Source: an uncultured Gammaproteobacteria bacterium (lineage in GTDB: Bacteria > Patescibacteriota > Microgenomatia > UBA8517). Taken from it: DNA of 64,000 nt. Below, in pieces: positions 1 through 8,907 of the stretch. The position numbers and the translations under genes were made by a program. A model generated the notes under the pieces. The model had not been told where the DNA came from, ran no database searches, and saw nothing but the letters and a program-made list of their open reading frames with translations. Position 1 is the stretch's first letter, and each line of letters opens with the position of its first letter. The stretch is from NCBI GenBank assembly GCA_964494885.1, contig CAZBTH010000001.1, positions 46,319 through 110,318 of the forward strand, written 5' to 3'.

Positions 1-49
1 ATTAGATAGCGCTTCGCGCATCTAATGGGACCACGTTAAGTGCCGAAGG

Positions 50-589
50 CTACTTAACTGTGGCTCTAATTGCCTTTTCACCTCCTTTCAAGATATTATT
101 CTCTCCCAACTTGAATGCATGAGTAAGGGCAATTGCCAATGCATCGGCTGCATTGTCAAAGTGAGTTTTTTTATGGACCTCACTCTTAACACGGCTACCT
201 AAAATTCTCTTTATATGAGCTTGAACTTCTTTTTTGTTTGCCCTTCCATTACCGGTAATCATTTTTTTAATAGTACCTGGAGCATATTCCTCAACATGAA
301 CGTGGGTCTTACTCGCCGCCAAAAGCATAACTCCTTGAGCTTGGCCAACAGCAATAACTGTTTTTGCATTGGTAGAGAAAAAAACTTTTTCAAAAACAAA
401 TACGTCAGGTTTATGTTTTTTAATAAGAGCAACAGTCTCTTCAAAAATGAAGTCTAGTCTGCGTTCTTTAAGAAGAGTTTTACTTGTCTCAATAAGCCCC
501 CATGTAACAACTTCGTTTCCCTCTCCGTTTAAACGAACAAGTCCGAAACCGGTTGTGGCAGTACCGGGATCTATGCCGAGAATTAACAT
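50..589 (-). CDS. ruvC: Holliday junction resolvase RuvC
   Basis: N-terminus ILGIDPGTATTGFG and the overall RuvC fold pattern in a 179-aa protein. Confidence 0.85.
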   Translation of the reverse strand: MLILGIDPGTATTGFGLVRLNGEGNEVVTWGLIETSKTLLKERRLDFIFEETVALIKKHKPDVFVFEKVFFSTNAKTVIAVGQAQGVMLLAASKTHVHVEEYAPGTIKKMITGNGRANKKEVQAHIKRILGSRVKSEVHKKTHFDNAADALAIALTHAFKLGENNILKGGEKAIRATVK

Positions 590-621
590 TAGCTAAGTAT
601 ATACCAAACAAAAAACGAAAA

Positions 622-690
622 GGGCAGGTATCTGTCTATAAATCAAACAATTATTTGTGAATAATGTTTGACAGATAACCTGCCCTAATA
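622..690 (-). terminator. Long-stem hairpin plus U-run terminator ending the tRNA array (minus strand)
   Basis: Inverted repeat gggcaggtatctgtc / gacagataacctgccc around a 33-nt loop; on the minus strand it is followed by TTTTCGTTTTTT. Confidence 0.5.
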
Positions 691-803
691 ATTTCTAAGT
701 GCCACAAACACCTTGTCCTGCCGCATCTGCTTTGGCATGGCGGTATTTATGGCACCTATTTGCCGCTTACCCTCCATCCTGAGGACGTAGGTAATTGGCA
801 AGT

Positions 804-875
804 TGGCCGGGAAGGATTTGAACCTTCGATCTTCTGGGTCCCACCCAGACGCGTTAAACGACTACGCTACCGGCC
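804..875 (-). tRNA. tRNA-Pro (GGG)
   Basis: Manual cloverleaf: 7-bp acceptor GGCCGGT/CCGGCC, anticodon stem tctgg/ccaga, loop gtGGGac, T-loop GGTTCAAAT. Confidence 0.8.
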
Positions 876-960
876 AAGAAGGTGGGCACGACCAATTTTG
901 GACCATGGATCCTGATCAGTCTACCATGACGGATAAAGAGTCCGACTGGCGCCCACCAAA

Positions 961-1033
961 AGCGGGTGAAAGGATTCGAACCTCTGACCTTCTCCTTACA
1001 AAAGGAGATGCTCTCCCACTGAGCTACACCCGC
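961..1033 (-). tRNA. tRNA-Thr (UGU)
   Basis: Acceptor GCGGGTG/CACCCGC, D-arm GCTCAGTGGGAGAGC, anticodon loop ttTGTaa, T-loop GGTTCGAAT. Confidence 0.85.
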
Positions 1034-1068
1034 ACAAAAAAATTAAAGAGCTAAAAAGAAACCGGTAA

Positions 1069-1141
1069 AGGCGCCGCAAGGATTCGAACCTTGGATCTGA
1101 GTGCTGCGCACTCAAGCCTTGCCGGACTTGGCCACGGCGCC
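1069..1141 (-). tRNA. tRNA-Cys (GCA)
   Basis: Acceptor GGCGCCG/CGGCGCC, anticodon stem TGAGT/ACTCA, loop gcGCAgc, T-loop GGTTCGAAT. Confidence 0.8.
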
Positions 1142-1227
1142 GTTTTAAATATGGTGGACACCCCATTGGCCCTGCAACCTTCGGCTGCAATCCGCTGGTC
1201 CCGACTGGGTCTTAGATGTCCACCAAA

Positions 1228-1300
1228 AACGGGTGATGGGACTCGAACCCACGATCTACTGATTTGGAATCAGTTGCTTTAGCCACTAAGCTACACCCGT
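1228..1300 (-). tRNA. tRNA-Trp (CCA)
   Basis: Acceptor ACGGGTG/CACCCGT, anticodon stem ACTGA/TCAGT, loop ttCCAaa, T-loop GGTTCGAGT. Confidence 0.85.
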
Positions 1301-1371
1301 ATATCAATTCTCAAATAAAAGAACAGAACACGAGTCTACAAAGGTTTGAAAACTTTGTCAATATGTTTGTA

Positions 1372-1644
1372 TTATTTCTTTCTCTTTGAAGATTTTTTGA
1401 CTTCCTTAACCTCCTTGCCGAAAATATAAATATAAAGAATGTCTAAAATCCCCATTGTATTTATTATTAACAATGCAACAAACCAAGGCTTGCTGTCGTT
1501 TTTGGCGGCTTTCCAAAGTGCCCAACCTTTCCAAAAAAGACTCCAAACTAATAAAGGAATCAATAGAAAAGAAAAGCCGGCCATCATACCCCCAAAAGCT
1601 GCCCCGGGATACCAATAATTTCCGTAACTGTTATTCCACATCAT
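1372..1644 (-). CDS. Small basic-tailed membrane protein (2 TM), hypothetical
   Basis: The ORF track starts at a GTG at 1689. A more likely start is ATGATG at 1644-1639, 10 nt after the SD GGGAGGAGGTG. Hydrophobic core and KK-rich tail. Confidence 0.6.
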   Translation of the reverse strand: MMWNNSYGNYWYPGAAFGGMMAGFSFLLIPLLVWSLFWKGWALWKAAKNDSKPWFVALLIINTMGILDILYIYIFGKEVKEVKKSSKRKK

Positions 1645-1654
1645 TTTGCTATCA

Positions 1655-1735
1655 CCTCCTCCCAGTGAGATAGCTTTCAAGCATCTCACGGGATCCCGTT
1701 GGATGTCGCTAGACTATCCAACTGGGATCGCCTAC
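1655..1735 (-). promoter_or_regulatory. Conserved two-hairpin 5' leader element (copy A), directly upstream of the SD
   Basis: Shares architecture and covarying stems with the copy at 12207-12285; see findings. Confidence 0.55.
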
Positions 1736-1845
1736 TCAAATACATTCATTAAATCTCCTTTCCACCTCAGCCCAATTTACAACATTCCACCCCACTTCGT
1801 CCCTTCGACTGCGCTCAGGGCTTCGCGGGGCTAGTATTTTCATTT

Positions 1846-2517
1846 TCATTTATCCAAAGCTGCTGATTGGAATCGTTTATCCACTTCAGTCCAGTTAACC
1901 ACATTCCACCACGCCTCAATATAGTCAGCACGCATATTTTTATATTTAAGATAGTAAGCATGCTCCCAAACATCCAAACAAAGCAAGAGGTCTGTGGTTC
2001 GGGTAAGCGGAGAGTCTTGGTTTTGAGTTGTAACAATCTCCATGGTCTTACTATTACTCTCACTCTTACCCACAACAAGCCATGCCCAACCACTACCAAA
2101 ACGACCTAGGGCTGAACTTGCAAAACTTTCCTTAAATTGTTCAAAAGACCCAAACGTTGAGTCGATCGAAATGGCTAGGTCGCCCTGAGGCAACCGAAGG
2201 GTCTCATCAGAATTTGATCCCATAATTTCCCAGAACATATTATGATTAGCCACCCCACCTGCGTTGTTTTTAACTTTTTGGTGGATATCATCCGGAACTT
2301 TGTCGAGATTCTTAAGAATTTCATTTACATCCATCTTTAGTAAATCTTCATGTCCCACGAGAGTATCATTCAAATTCTTAACATATGTGGCATGGTGCTT
2401 ATCATGATGGATATGCATAGTTTCCTCGTCTATAAATGGCTCTAACGAATCATACGCATATGGAAGATCGGGTAAAGTGAACCCTGTTACAATTCTATTG
2501 TTTAAATCAGTAGACAT
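1846..2517 (-). CDS. sodA: Fe/Mn superoxide dismutase
   Basis: HHDKHH, AGGVANHNMFW, DVWEHAYY motifs. Confidence 0.9.
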   Translation of the reverse strand: MSTDLNNRIVTGFTLPDLPYAYDSLEPFIDEETMHIHHDKHHATYVKNLNDTLVGHEDLLKMDVNEILKNLDKVPDDIHQKVKNNAGGVANHNMFWEIMGSNSDETLRLPQGDLAISIDSTFGSFEQFKESFASSALGRFGSGWAWLVVGKSESNSKTMEIVTTQNQDSPLTRTTDLLLCLDVWEHAYYLKYKNMRADYIEAWWNVVNWTEVDKRFQSAALDK

Positions 2518-2616
2518 TTTTCTAGAGTCGCCCTTTACCTAAATAGAATTGTAACTGGGCAAGCATATTTAAATGTATCTTGTTTGTAACTTGTAAGTCA
2601 AGGGTAATTTGCCGAG

Positions 2617-2970
2617 TTAGTCTACTTGAATAATTTTTGATGAGGTAACGACTCTACCCTCAATTTCGACCGCCACTACATCAATTCTTAGTTTTTTGGG
2701 CATGCCCGGATGAAGCAAAGAGTAATATTCGCCCGTCTTTTGGATTTTATGTAGCTTAGATCTTGTCACCGCTTCTTCAGGGGCTCCAAATTTGCGCGAC
2801 CACCTGGCTTTGACTTCAACAAATACAAGAGTTTGTCCTTGAACAGCTACAATATCTATTTCTCCAAAGCGGGACCGGAAATTACGGTCTTTTATGTTGT
2901 ACCCTTTAGACTCAAGAAGCTTCGTGGCGTAGTCTTCGGCCAGATTCCCAAGTTCACTTGTTCTTACCAC
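2617..2970 (-). CDS. YraN/UPF0102 family endonuclease-like protein
   Basis: 117 aa; GEIDIVA...LVFVEVKAR pattern typical of UPF0102. Confidence 0.7.
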   Translation of the reverse strand: MVRTSELGNLAEDYATKLLESKGYNIKDRNFRSRFGEIDIVAVQGQTLVFVEVKARWSRKFGAPEEAVTRSKLHKIQKTGEYYSLLHPGMPKKLRIDVVAVEIEGRVVTSSKIIQVD

Positions 2971-3322
2971 TCTTTATACTAGCACGCACAGCGGCTCTTT
3001 TGAAAATCATTTCTACCTCAGTTGGGGCCTTCACTCTTGTGTAGTAAAGTTTGGCACGACGCACTCCTTCGGTACCTTTTTTGACAATCAAAATTCTGTC
3101 AATTGAAGGTAAATTTATTGGGAATATCTTTTCAACTCCTATTCCTCCCTCAGCTATTTTTCTAACGACAAAGGTCTTTCCTGGCTCCCTGCCGCGGATT
3201 GCAATAACCATACCCTCAAAAAAAGATTCACGCGTCTTGTCCCCGTCCTTGATTTTTTGGACAACGCGGATTTTATCTCCGACTCCAAACTCGACTTCTT
3301 TAAGCGTAATTTTCAATGCCAT
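2954..3322 (-). CDS. rplS: 50S ribosomal protein L19
   Basis: GDKIRVV...RESFFEGMVIAIRG...RVKAP; start trimmed to MALKI at 3322. Confidence 0.85.
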   Translation of the reverse strand: MALKITLKEVEFGVGDKIRVVQKIKDGDKTRESFFEGMVIAIRGREPGKTFVVRKIAEGGIGVEKIFPINLPSIDRILIVKKGTEGVRRAKLYYTRVKAPTEVEMIFKRAAVRASIKSGKNK

Positions 3323-3354
3323 AGAAGGTATTGTATACGAAATTAAGCGTAGGC

Positions 3355-6300
3355 TCAAGTCACACTTTGAATCTTCGCGGTTTCCAAGATGTCAGCTATC
3401 CCCTTGGCCAATGTCTCGTTCCAGGATATCTGAAAGGGTAATTTGACCTTTTTGACTCTTTTTTCCCCTCCGCTGGCATCAAAAAGCAAATAAGCGTACT
3501 GGTCTCCTAGATTGTTGGTTAATAGCTCCTTTAGTCTTTTAAGTGAATTGGCATCGGCATTACCAGGTATCTTGATAAAAACATCTCGCTGTTTTTTCTC
3601 GTTCAGACTACTTAAAGTCTCGATATTTTCTACGAGAATTGAGGGTGTTTCATCTCTAAAATCTACTTTTCCCACCACAAGTAGGGGTTTACCGGCGAGC
3701 CAAAAATCACGAGTTGATTTGAATATTTTTGGAAAAACCACCAAATCAATTTGTCCTGTACCATCATCTACCTTAACAAAAGCCATTTCAGCACCCGTTT
3801 TTTTTGTAGTTATTATTCTTACTTCATTGATAACTGCAACAATCCTTACAAGGTCAGAGAAATACTCCTCGGGTGTGATTTCAAAGATTTTATGTGTTGA
3901 TTGAAACTCCAATGGACCCACAAGTTCACTAATAGGTTTTGCTGTCAGGGAAAATCCCAAAAGTTGCCGCTCGAGGGACTCCAGTTCATCGTCTCCAAAC
4001 TCTTGAATATTTTCTATCGTGATGACTGAGGCCGCCTCGGTTTTTTTTAGGTCTCCCGTCGCAAAAAGTCCCTGTTGATTGTCGTCTCCTTTGGGTTTTG
4101 CTACCTTTTCCCTTATTTTATCAATTGATGCCAAAAGAGTAGATCTCCCTCCAAACATTCCCATCGCTCCAACTTTAATCAAACTTTCCAAAACTTTTTT
4201 ATTAACTTTTCTGGCATCGACTCTTTCCAAAAAGTCAGCAAACGATTCGAATTTTCCTTCCTTTCTTGCAGTTAAAATAATATCTATCGCCACCTCTCCA
4301 ACGTTTTTTACTGCGGAGAGTCCGAATCTTATTGCTCCGTCTTGAATTGTAAAGCCGATACTACTCTCGTTTATGTCAGGCGGTAACACTTTTATTTTCA
4401 TTCTTCGACATTCGTTTATAGCCATTGAAATTTTGTCTTTGTCTGAGGCTTCAGCTGTCAGAAGAGCCGTCATATACTCAACCGGGTAGTTAGCCTTCAT
4501 ATAAGCCGTATAATAGGCCACAATGCCATAGGAAGCCGCATGAGCCTTGTTAAATCCGTAAGATTGAAAAGGCTCAAATAGTTTCCAGAGCTCTTCAGCG
4601 AATTCGGCAGTTTGGCCATGTTCAATCGTTCCTTTAACAAATTTGTCTTTTTGGGCCGCCATTTCTTCCGGAATTTTCTTTCCCACTGCTTTTCTAAATT
4701 TGTCAGCTTCTTCCCATGTGTATCCGGCTAAGTCTATCGCACAGAAAAGTAAATCATCCTGATAAACTATCAATCCATAACTTGCACCCAAAAATTTTTC
4801 CATTCTCGGGTCAAGGTACTCAACTAATTTCGGATTAGATTTCCTTTTGATATATTCAGGAATAACTGCAATGGGCCCAGGACGATATAAAGCAACCATC
4901 GCCATGAGGTCTTCCACACGGTTGGGTTTAAGCTCTTTTAGATATTTTGTCATTCCTCCACCCGCAAACTGAAAAACACCCATTGTTTCTCCGCGGGCTA
5001 ACATTTCAAATGTTTTCTTATCTTCTAATGAAATTTTATGTAGGTCGATTCTGGTGCCGTAGGCCTTTTCTACGATATCTATTGCCGAACCCAAAATTGC
5101 TAAGTTTCGAATACCCAGAATGTCGAATTTTATTAAACCAACTTCCTCTGCAGCATGCATTTCATACTGGGTGATGATTTTTTCACCCGACGGCTCGCGC
5201 TGAACTGGTGAAAAATCCGTTATATCGGTCGGCGCAACCACAACCCCGGCGGCGTGAACCGACACGTGTCGCGCCGACCCCTCAACTTGCATAGCTAAAT
5301 CCAAAACCTTTTTTGTATCAGGATCAGTTCCATAAAGATCCCTAAGATTGGGTGTTTCTTCGAGCGCTTTGGAAATAGTTATTGGAAACCCCTGTTTTGG
5401 GGGAGGAATCAATTTTGCTATTTTGTCCCCCACATTGTACGGATAACCCAACACTCTCGCAACGTCACGCACTGCAGCCCGACTTAACATTCTTCCGAAA
5501 GTGCAGATTTGTGCAACATTGTCTTTACCGTAAGTTTTTGTTATATATTCAATGATTTGGTCACGTTTATCGTCAGCTACATCAAAGTCAATATCCGGTG
5601 GAGAGGGCCTAAATGGGTTCAGAAATCTTTCGAAGGGCAAATAATATTTAAGCGGATCAACCGTCGTGATACCCAAGACGTAAGACACTAAGCTTCCGGC
5701 AGCTGAACCTCTGGTGTTTTGGATTATCCCGTGTTCTCTCGTCCATTTTGCCAAATCCCGAACTATGAGAAAATAGGCGGAATAACCTTTGGTTGAAATA
5801 ATGTCAAGTTCATGTTCTAATCTATCTAACGCGGTTTTTCCTCCATCGGGAAGTTTTTCTTTTAATGCCTCATGTGCCAGACTGCTCAGTTGTTCATCTG
5901 CAGTGACCCCCTCCGGTAGAGGAAATTTGGGGAAAAACCATTTTCCAAGTGTTATTTCAACGTTGCACTTTTCGGAAAGTTTAACCGTATTTTCTAAAGC
6001 GTCGGGATAATCCGGAAAAAGTGCCTCCATCTCCGAAGGGCTTCTAAGATAAAAGGTCTGGGCATCAATATACCTTAAGCGTTTTGTTTCACTCATGTTT
6101 TTGCCGGTAGCTACACATACCAATGCATCTTGTGCCATCGCATCTTCTTGTTTAATATAATGGGCATCGTTTGTAGCCACGAGAGGCACTCCATATTCCC
6201 TGCTAAGTTTTATTATTCCTTCATTCCACTTGTTCTCAGTTTCTTGAAGTTCGTTAAGGGTGCTTTTAATTTCTGCTGTCGGGGCTTTTGTGAGCCACTT

Positions 6301-6840
6301 TGTATATTCATGTCTTTGAATCTCAAAGTAAAAATCATCTTTAAAAGTATCTAGATAAAAATCGACGAGTTCTTTTGTGGTTGTTGTATCACCGCGAGCT
6401 ATGGCCTGACCGATTTCCGCTTGCGGGCAACCGGACGTGCAAATTAGACCTTTTGAATATTTTTTTAAAGTTTCATGATCCATCCTAGGCCGATAATAAA
6501 AACCCTCGACCTGGGCAATGGATGCCAGCTTCATTAAATTTTTATAACCCTCATTATTTTTTGCCAAAAGTAGAATATGAAAGTTTTGAGCCCTACCTTT
6601 TTCCGCTTTTTCATGAAGATCCCCCGTAGTTATATACCCTTCCATCCCTAAAATTGGTTTAACACCCTGCTTTAACCCCTCCTTATAAAACTCAACCTCT
6701 CCGTACATTACACCGTGGTCGGTAATCGCAACAGATTCCATTCCTTGCTCTTTGACATGATTAAAGAGTTTCTTGATTTTACTTAACCCATCAAGAAGTG
6801 AATACTCTGTGTGTACATGAAGATGGGCAAATTTTGACAT
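3355..6840 (-). CDS. dnaE: DNA polymerase III alpha subunit
   Basis: 1161 aa; N-terminal PHP domain HLHVHTEYSLLDG; polymerase core and OB-fold tail. Confidence 0.9.
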   Translation of the reverse strand: MSKFAHLHVHTEYSLLDGLSKIKKLFNHVKEQGMESVAITDHGVMYGEVEFYKEGLKQGVKPILGMEGYITTGDLHEKAEKGRAQNFHILLLAKNNEGYKNLMKLASIAQVEGFYYRPRMDHETLKKYSKGLICTSGCPQAEIGQAIARGDTTTTKELVDFYLDTFKDDFYFEIQRHEYTKWLTKAPTAEIKSTLNELQETENKWNEGIIKLSREYGVPLVATNDAHYIKQEDAMAQDALVCVATGKNMSETKRLRYIDAQTFYLRSPSEMEALFPDYPDALENTVKLSEKCNVEITLGKWFFPKFPLPEGVTADEQLSSLAHEALKEKLPDGGKTALDRLEHELDIISTKGYSAYFLIVRDLAKWTREHGIIQNTRGSAAGSLVSYVLGITTVDPLKYYLPFERFLNPFRPSPPDIDFDVADDKRDQIIEYITKTYGKDNVAQICTFGRMLSRAAVRDVARVLGYPYNVGDKIAKLIPPPKQGFPITISKALEETPNLRDLYGTDPDTKKVLDLAMQVEGSARHVSVHAAGVVVAPTDITDFSPVQREPSGEKIITQYEMHAAEEVGLIKFDILGIRNLAILGSAIDIVEKAYGTRIDLHKISLEDKKTFEMLARGETMGVFQFAGGGMTKYLKELKPNRVEDLMAMVALYRPGPIAVIPEYIKRKSNPKLVEYLDPRMEKFLGASYGLIVYQDDLLFCAIDLAGYTWEEADKFRKAVGKKIPEEMAAQKDKFVKGTIEHGQTAEFAEELWKLFEPFQSYGFNKAHAASYGIVAYYTAYMKANYPVEYMTALLTAEASDKDKISMAINECRRMKIKVLPPDINESSIGFTIQDGAIRFGLSAVKNVGEVAIDIILTARKEGKFESFADFLERVDARKVNKKVLESLIKVGAMGMFGGRSTLLASIDKIREKVAKPKGDDNQQGLFATGDLKKTEAASVITIENIQEFGDDELESLERQLLGFSLTAKPISELVGPLEFQSTHKIFEITPEEYFSDLVRIVAVINEVRIITTKKTGAEMAFVKVDDGTGQIDLVVFPKIFKSTRDFWLAGKPLLVVGKVDFRDETPSILVENIETLSSLNEKKQRDVFIKIPGNADANSLKRLKELLTNNLGDQYAYLLFDASGGEKRVKKVKLPFQISWNETLAKGIADILETAKIQSVT

Positions 6841-6845
6841 TTATT

Positions 6846-7559
6846 TTATTTAATATAAATAGTTTCAACGTGAGATCCGCGTTCAGCCCTGGCCGCTTTA
6901 GCAGATGCTAATTTTTTATCAAATGTTTTGAGTGCCTCACGTGCACTCAAGTTTCCACCATACTCTCCGACTATTAAACTGGCTGTAACTTTACCCTGAC
7001 TTACCTCCTTTAGGGCATTTTCAAAACGTCTCACGACTTCTTCCATGTGAGCCACGCTGTCCCCCGGCAAAAAAACCGCATACTCATCTCCACCTCCGGC
7101 ACCCTGCCTAAACACTTTATCATGTGGTCGCCTGGCGACTGTTTTTGCCGCTTCAGCTATCATTATTAAAAGTTTGTCTCCCTTCTCCCGATCGGTATAG
7201 TTTGCCGCCTTAAGTCCATCAGCATCAAGGTAAAGAAGGAGTCCAAACTCTGGAAAAACGGGGATTTCATTTCTTCTGTCCGAACTCATAGCAGCCTCAT
7301 TCAGCATCCGATCGTTCATAGCCAAAAATTTCTCTTGAGCCCTGGCACTCCCTACCCCCGTCATCAAATCCACATCAGATAGTTCCGCTGCCTCGTAGGT
7401 ATTTAAAATATCGGTGCCTCTGTCTGAAGACAATCTATGCACTTTTTTCTGGAAAAAACCCCAAAATCCGGGTTTTCGATCCTTTATATCCCCTAACTGA
7501 TCATTCGCCTTATTTGCTGCATCAATTTCAACACCCGTAGCACCAGAACCTTCACTCAT
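6846..7559 (-). CDS. GGDEF-domain protein (putative diguanylate cyclase)
   Basis: DLMTGVGSARAQEKF and RQGAGGGDEYAVFL, a GG[DE]E[FY]-type active-site motif; 4-nt overlap with gatB. Confidence 0.6.
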   Translation of the reverse strand: MSEGSGATGVEIDAANKANDQLGDIKDRKPGFWGFFQKKVHRLSSDRGTDILNTYEAAELSDVDLMTGVGSARAQEKFLAMNDRMLNEAAMSSDRRNEIPVFPEFGLLLYLDADGLKAANYTDREKGDKLLIMIAEAAKTVARRPHDKVFRQGAGGGDEYAVFLPGDSVAHMEEVVRRFENALKEVSQGKVTASLIVGEYGGNLSAREALKTFDKKLASAKAARAERGSHVETIYIK

Positions 7560-8905
7560 TTTTGTATCCCTTCTAAAAGTTTCTCACGGACAATCTGCGG
7601 ATTACCTTTTCCTTGCAATTTCTTTTGTGTCATGCCAATCAAAAACCCTATCACGTTTCCATTGCCGGTTTGATAATCGGAAACCGCCTTCTTATTTTCC
7701 ATTAAAACACTTTTCACGACATTTTCAACTTCTTCCGTTGAAGCGTATTCAACTTTAGTTAGTTCGACAATCTTTTTAACAAGTCCCGCAGGTTCCGGAG
7801 ATTGTTCATCCAGTTTTTTGTTTATCATCAAATCCGCAATCGTTTTTGCTGACAGGGTCGCCGACAGGGTCGCACCCTGTCCAAGTTTACCCTGAGCTTG
7901 CCGAAGGGCTTCCTCAAAATAATTGGCGCGAGCAAGATCAGAAACTAAAATGTCTGCAAAGTCTTTCGAAAGTTGATATTCTTTCTCAAATCTTTCGCGT
8001 TTTGCTCCCGGAAGTTCCGGAATTTGTGATTTGATATTTGCAATTTGAGATTTCGGTAATTCGATTGGTGGTAAGTCTGCTTCCGGAAAATATCTGTAAT
8101 CATGGGCATCAGCTTTTGAACGCTGGGAGAAGGTGGACTGTTTAACTTCGTCGTAACCTCTCGTCTCCTGTACCAACTCCTCCCCTTTTTCTAAAGCTTC
8201 GGCCTGTCTTTTGATTTCTGCATTTACCGCCTTTTCCAAAAACTTAAATGAATTTATATTTTTGAGCTCAACTTTGTAATTCGGCAACCTATTCGCTATT
8301 CGCTCTTCACTATTCGCTAGTGATATATTCGCCTCAAGTCGCATCGACCCCTTTTCCATATCAGCGCCGCTTATATCAAGATATCTCGCAACAAGCTGGA
8401 GTTCGCGGACAAAGGAGATAACGGAGGCAATATCATGAAAAACAGGCTCGGTAACAAGTTCAATAAGCGCGCAACCACTACGGTTAAAGTCGACGAGGGA
8501 ATACTTCTTACCATCAATCGTCTCATGCACCAACTTTCCTGCATCTTCCTCAAGGTGAATGTGATTGATGTCAAAACCATTTAAACTTCCCCCAATGCAA
8601 AAGGGCGAATCGAGCTGGGATGTCTGGAAACCTTTTGGTAAATCAGGGTAAAAATAATTCTTTCTGTAAAATTTGGAAAACTCGCTAATTTTACTGCCAA
8701 GAGCGAGTCCAAGTTTTACGGTCTTAACTATTCCCTCACGGTTTGCGAACGGGAGAGCTCCGGGCAAGCCCAAACAGATCGGACAAACCTGAGTGTTGGG
8801 AGCTTTTCCAAAATGATCCTGGGGGCAGGCGCAAAACATTTTGCTTTTAGTGTTAGGTTCGATATGAATTTCCATACCGATAATTGGTGTAAATTTATTT
8901 TTCAT
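7556..8905 (-). CDS. gatB: Asp/Glu-tRNA amidotransferase subunit B
   Basis: IIGMEIHIE...CACPQD...CPICLGLPGALP N-terminus. Confidence 0.9.
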   Translation of the reverse strand: MKNKFTPIIGMEIHIEPNTKSKMFCACPQDHFGKAPNTQVCPICLGLPGALPFANREGIVKTVKLGLALGSKISEFSKFYRKNYFYPDLPKGFQTSQLDSPFCIGGSLNGFDINHIHLEEDAGKLVHETIDGKKYSLVDFNRSGCALIELVTEPVFHDIASVISFVRELQLVARYLDISGADMEKGSMRLEANISLANSEERIANRLPNYKVELKNINSFKFLEKAVNAEIKRQAEALEKGEELVQETRGYDEVKQSTFSQRSKADAHDYRYFPEADLPPIELPKSQIANIKSQIPELPGAKRERFEKEYQLSKDFADILVSDLARANYFEEALRQAQGKLGQGATLSATLSAKTIADLMINKKLDEQSPEPAGLVKKIVELTKVEYASTEEVENVVKSVLMENKKAVSDYQTGNGNVIGFLIGMTQKKLQGKGNPQIVREKLLEGIQK

Positions 8906-8907
8906 TT

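Noticed and set aside
803-1282. Several 60-85-aa ORFs (803-1054 +, 996-1190 -, 1091-1282 +) in the six-frame track
   Set aside because: They lie entirely over the four-tRNA array and have no coding texture; they are artefacts of GC-rich tRNA sequence.
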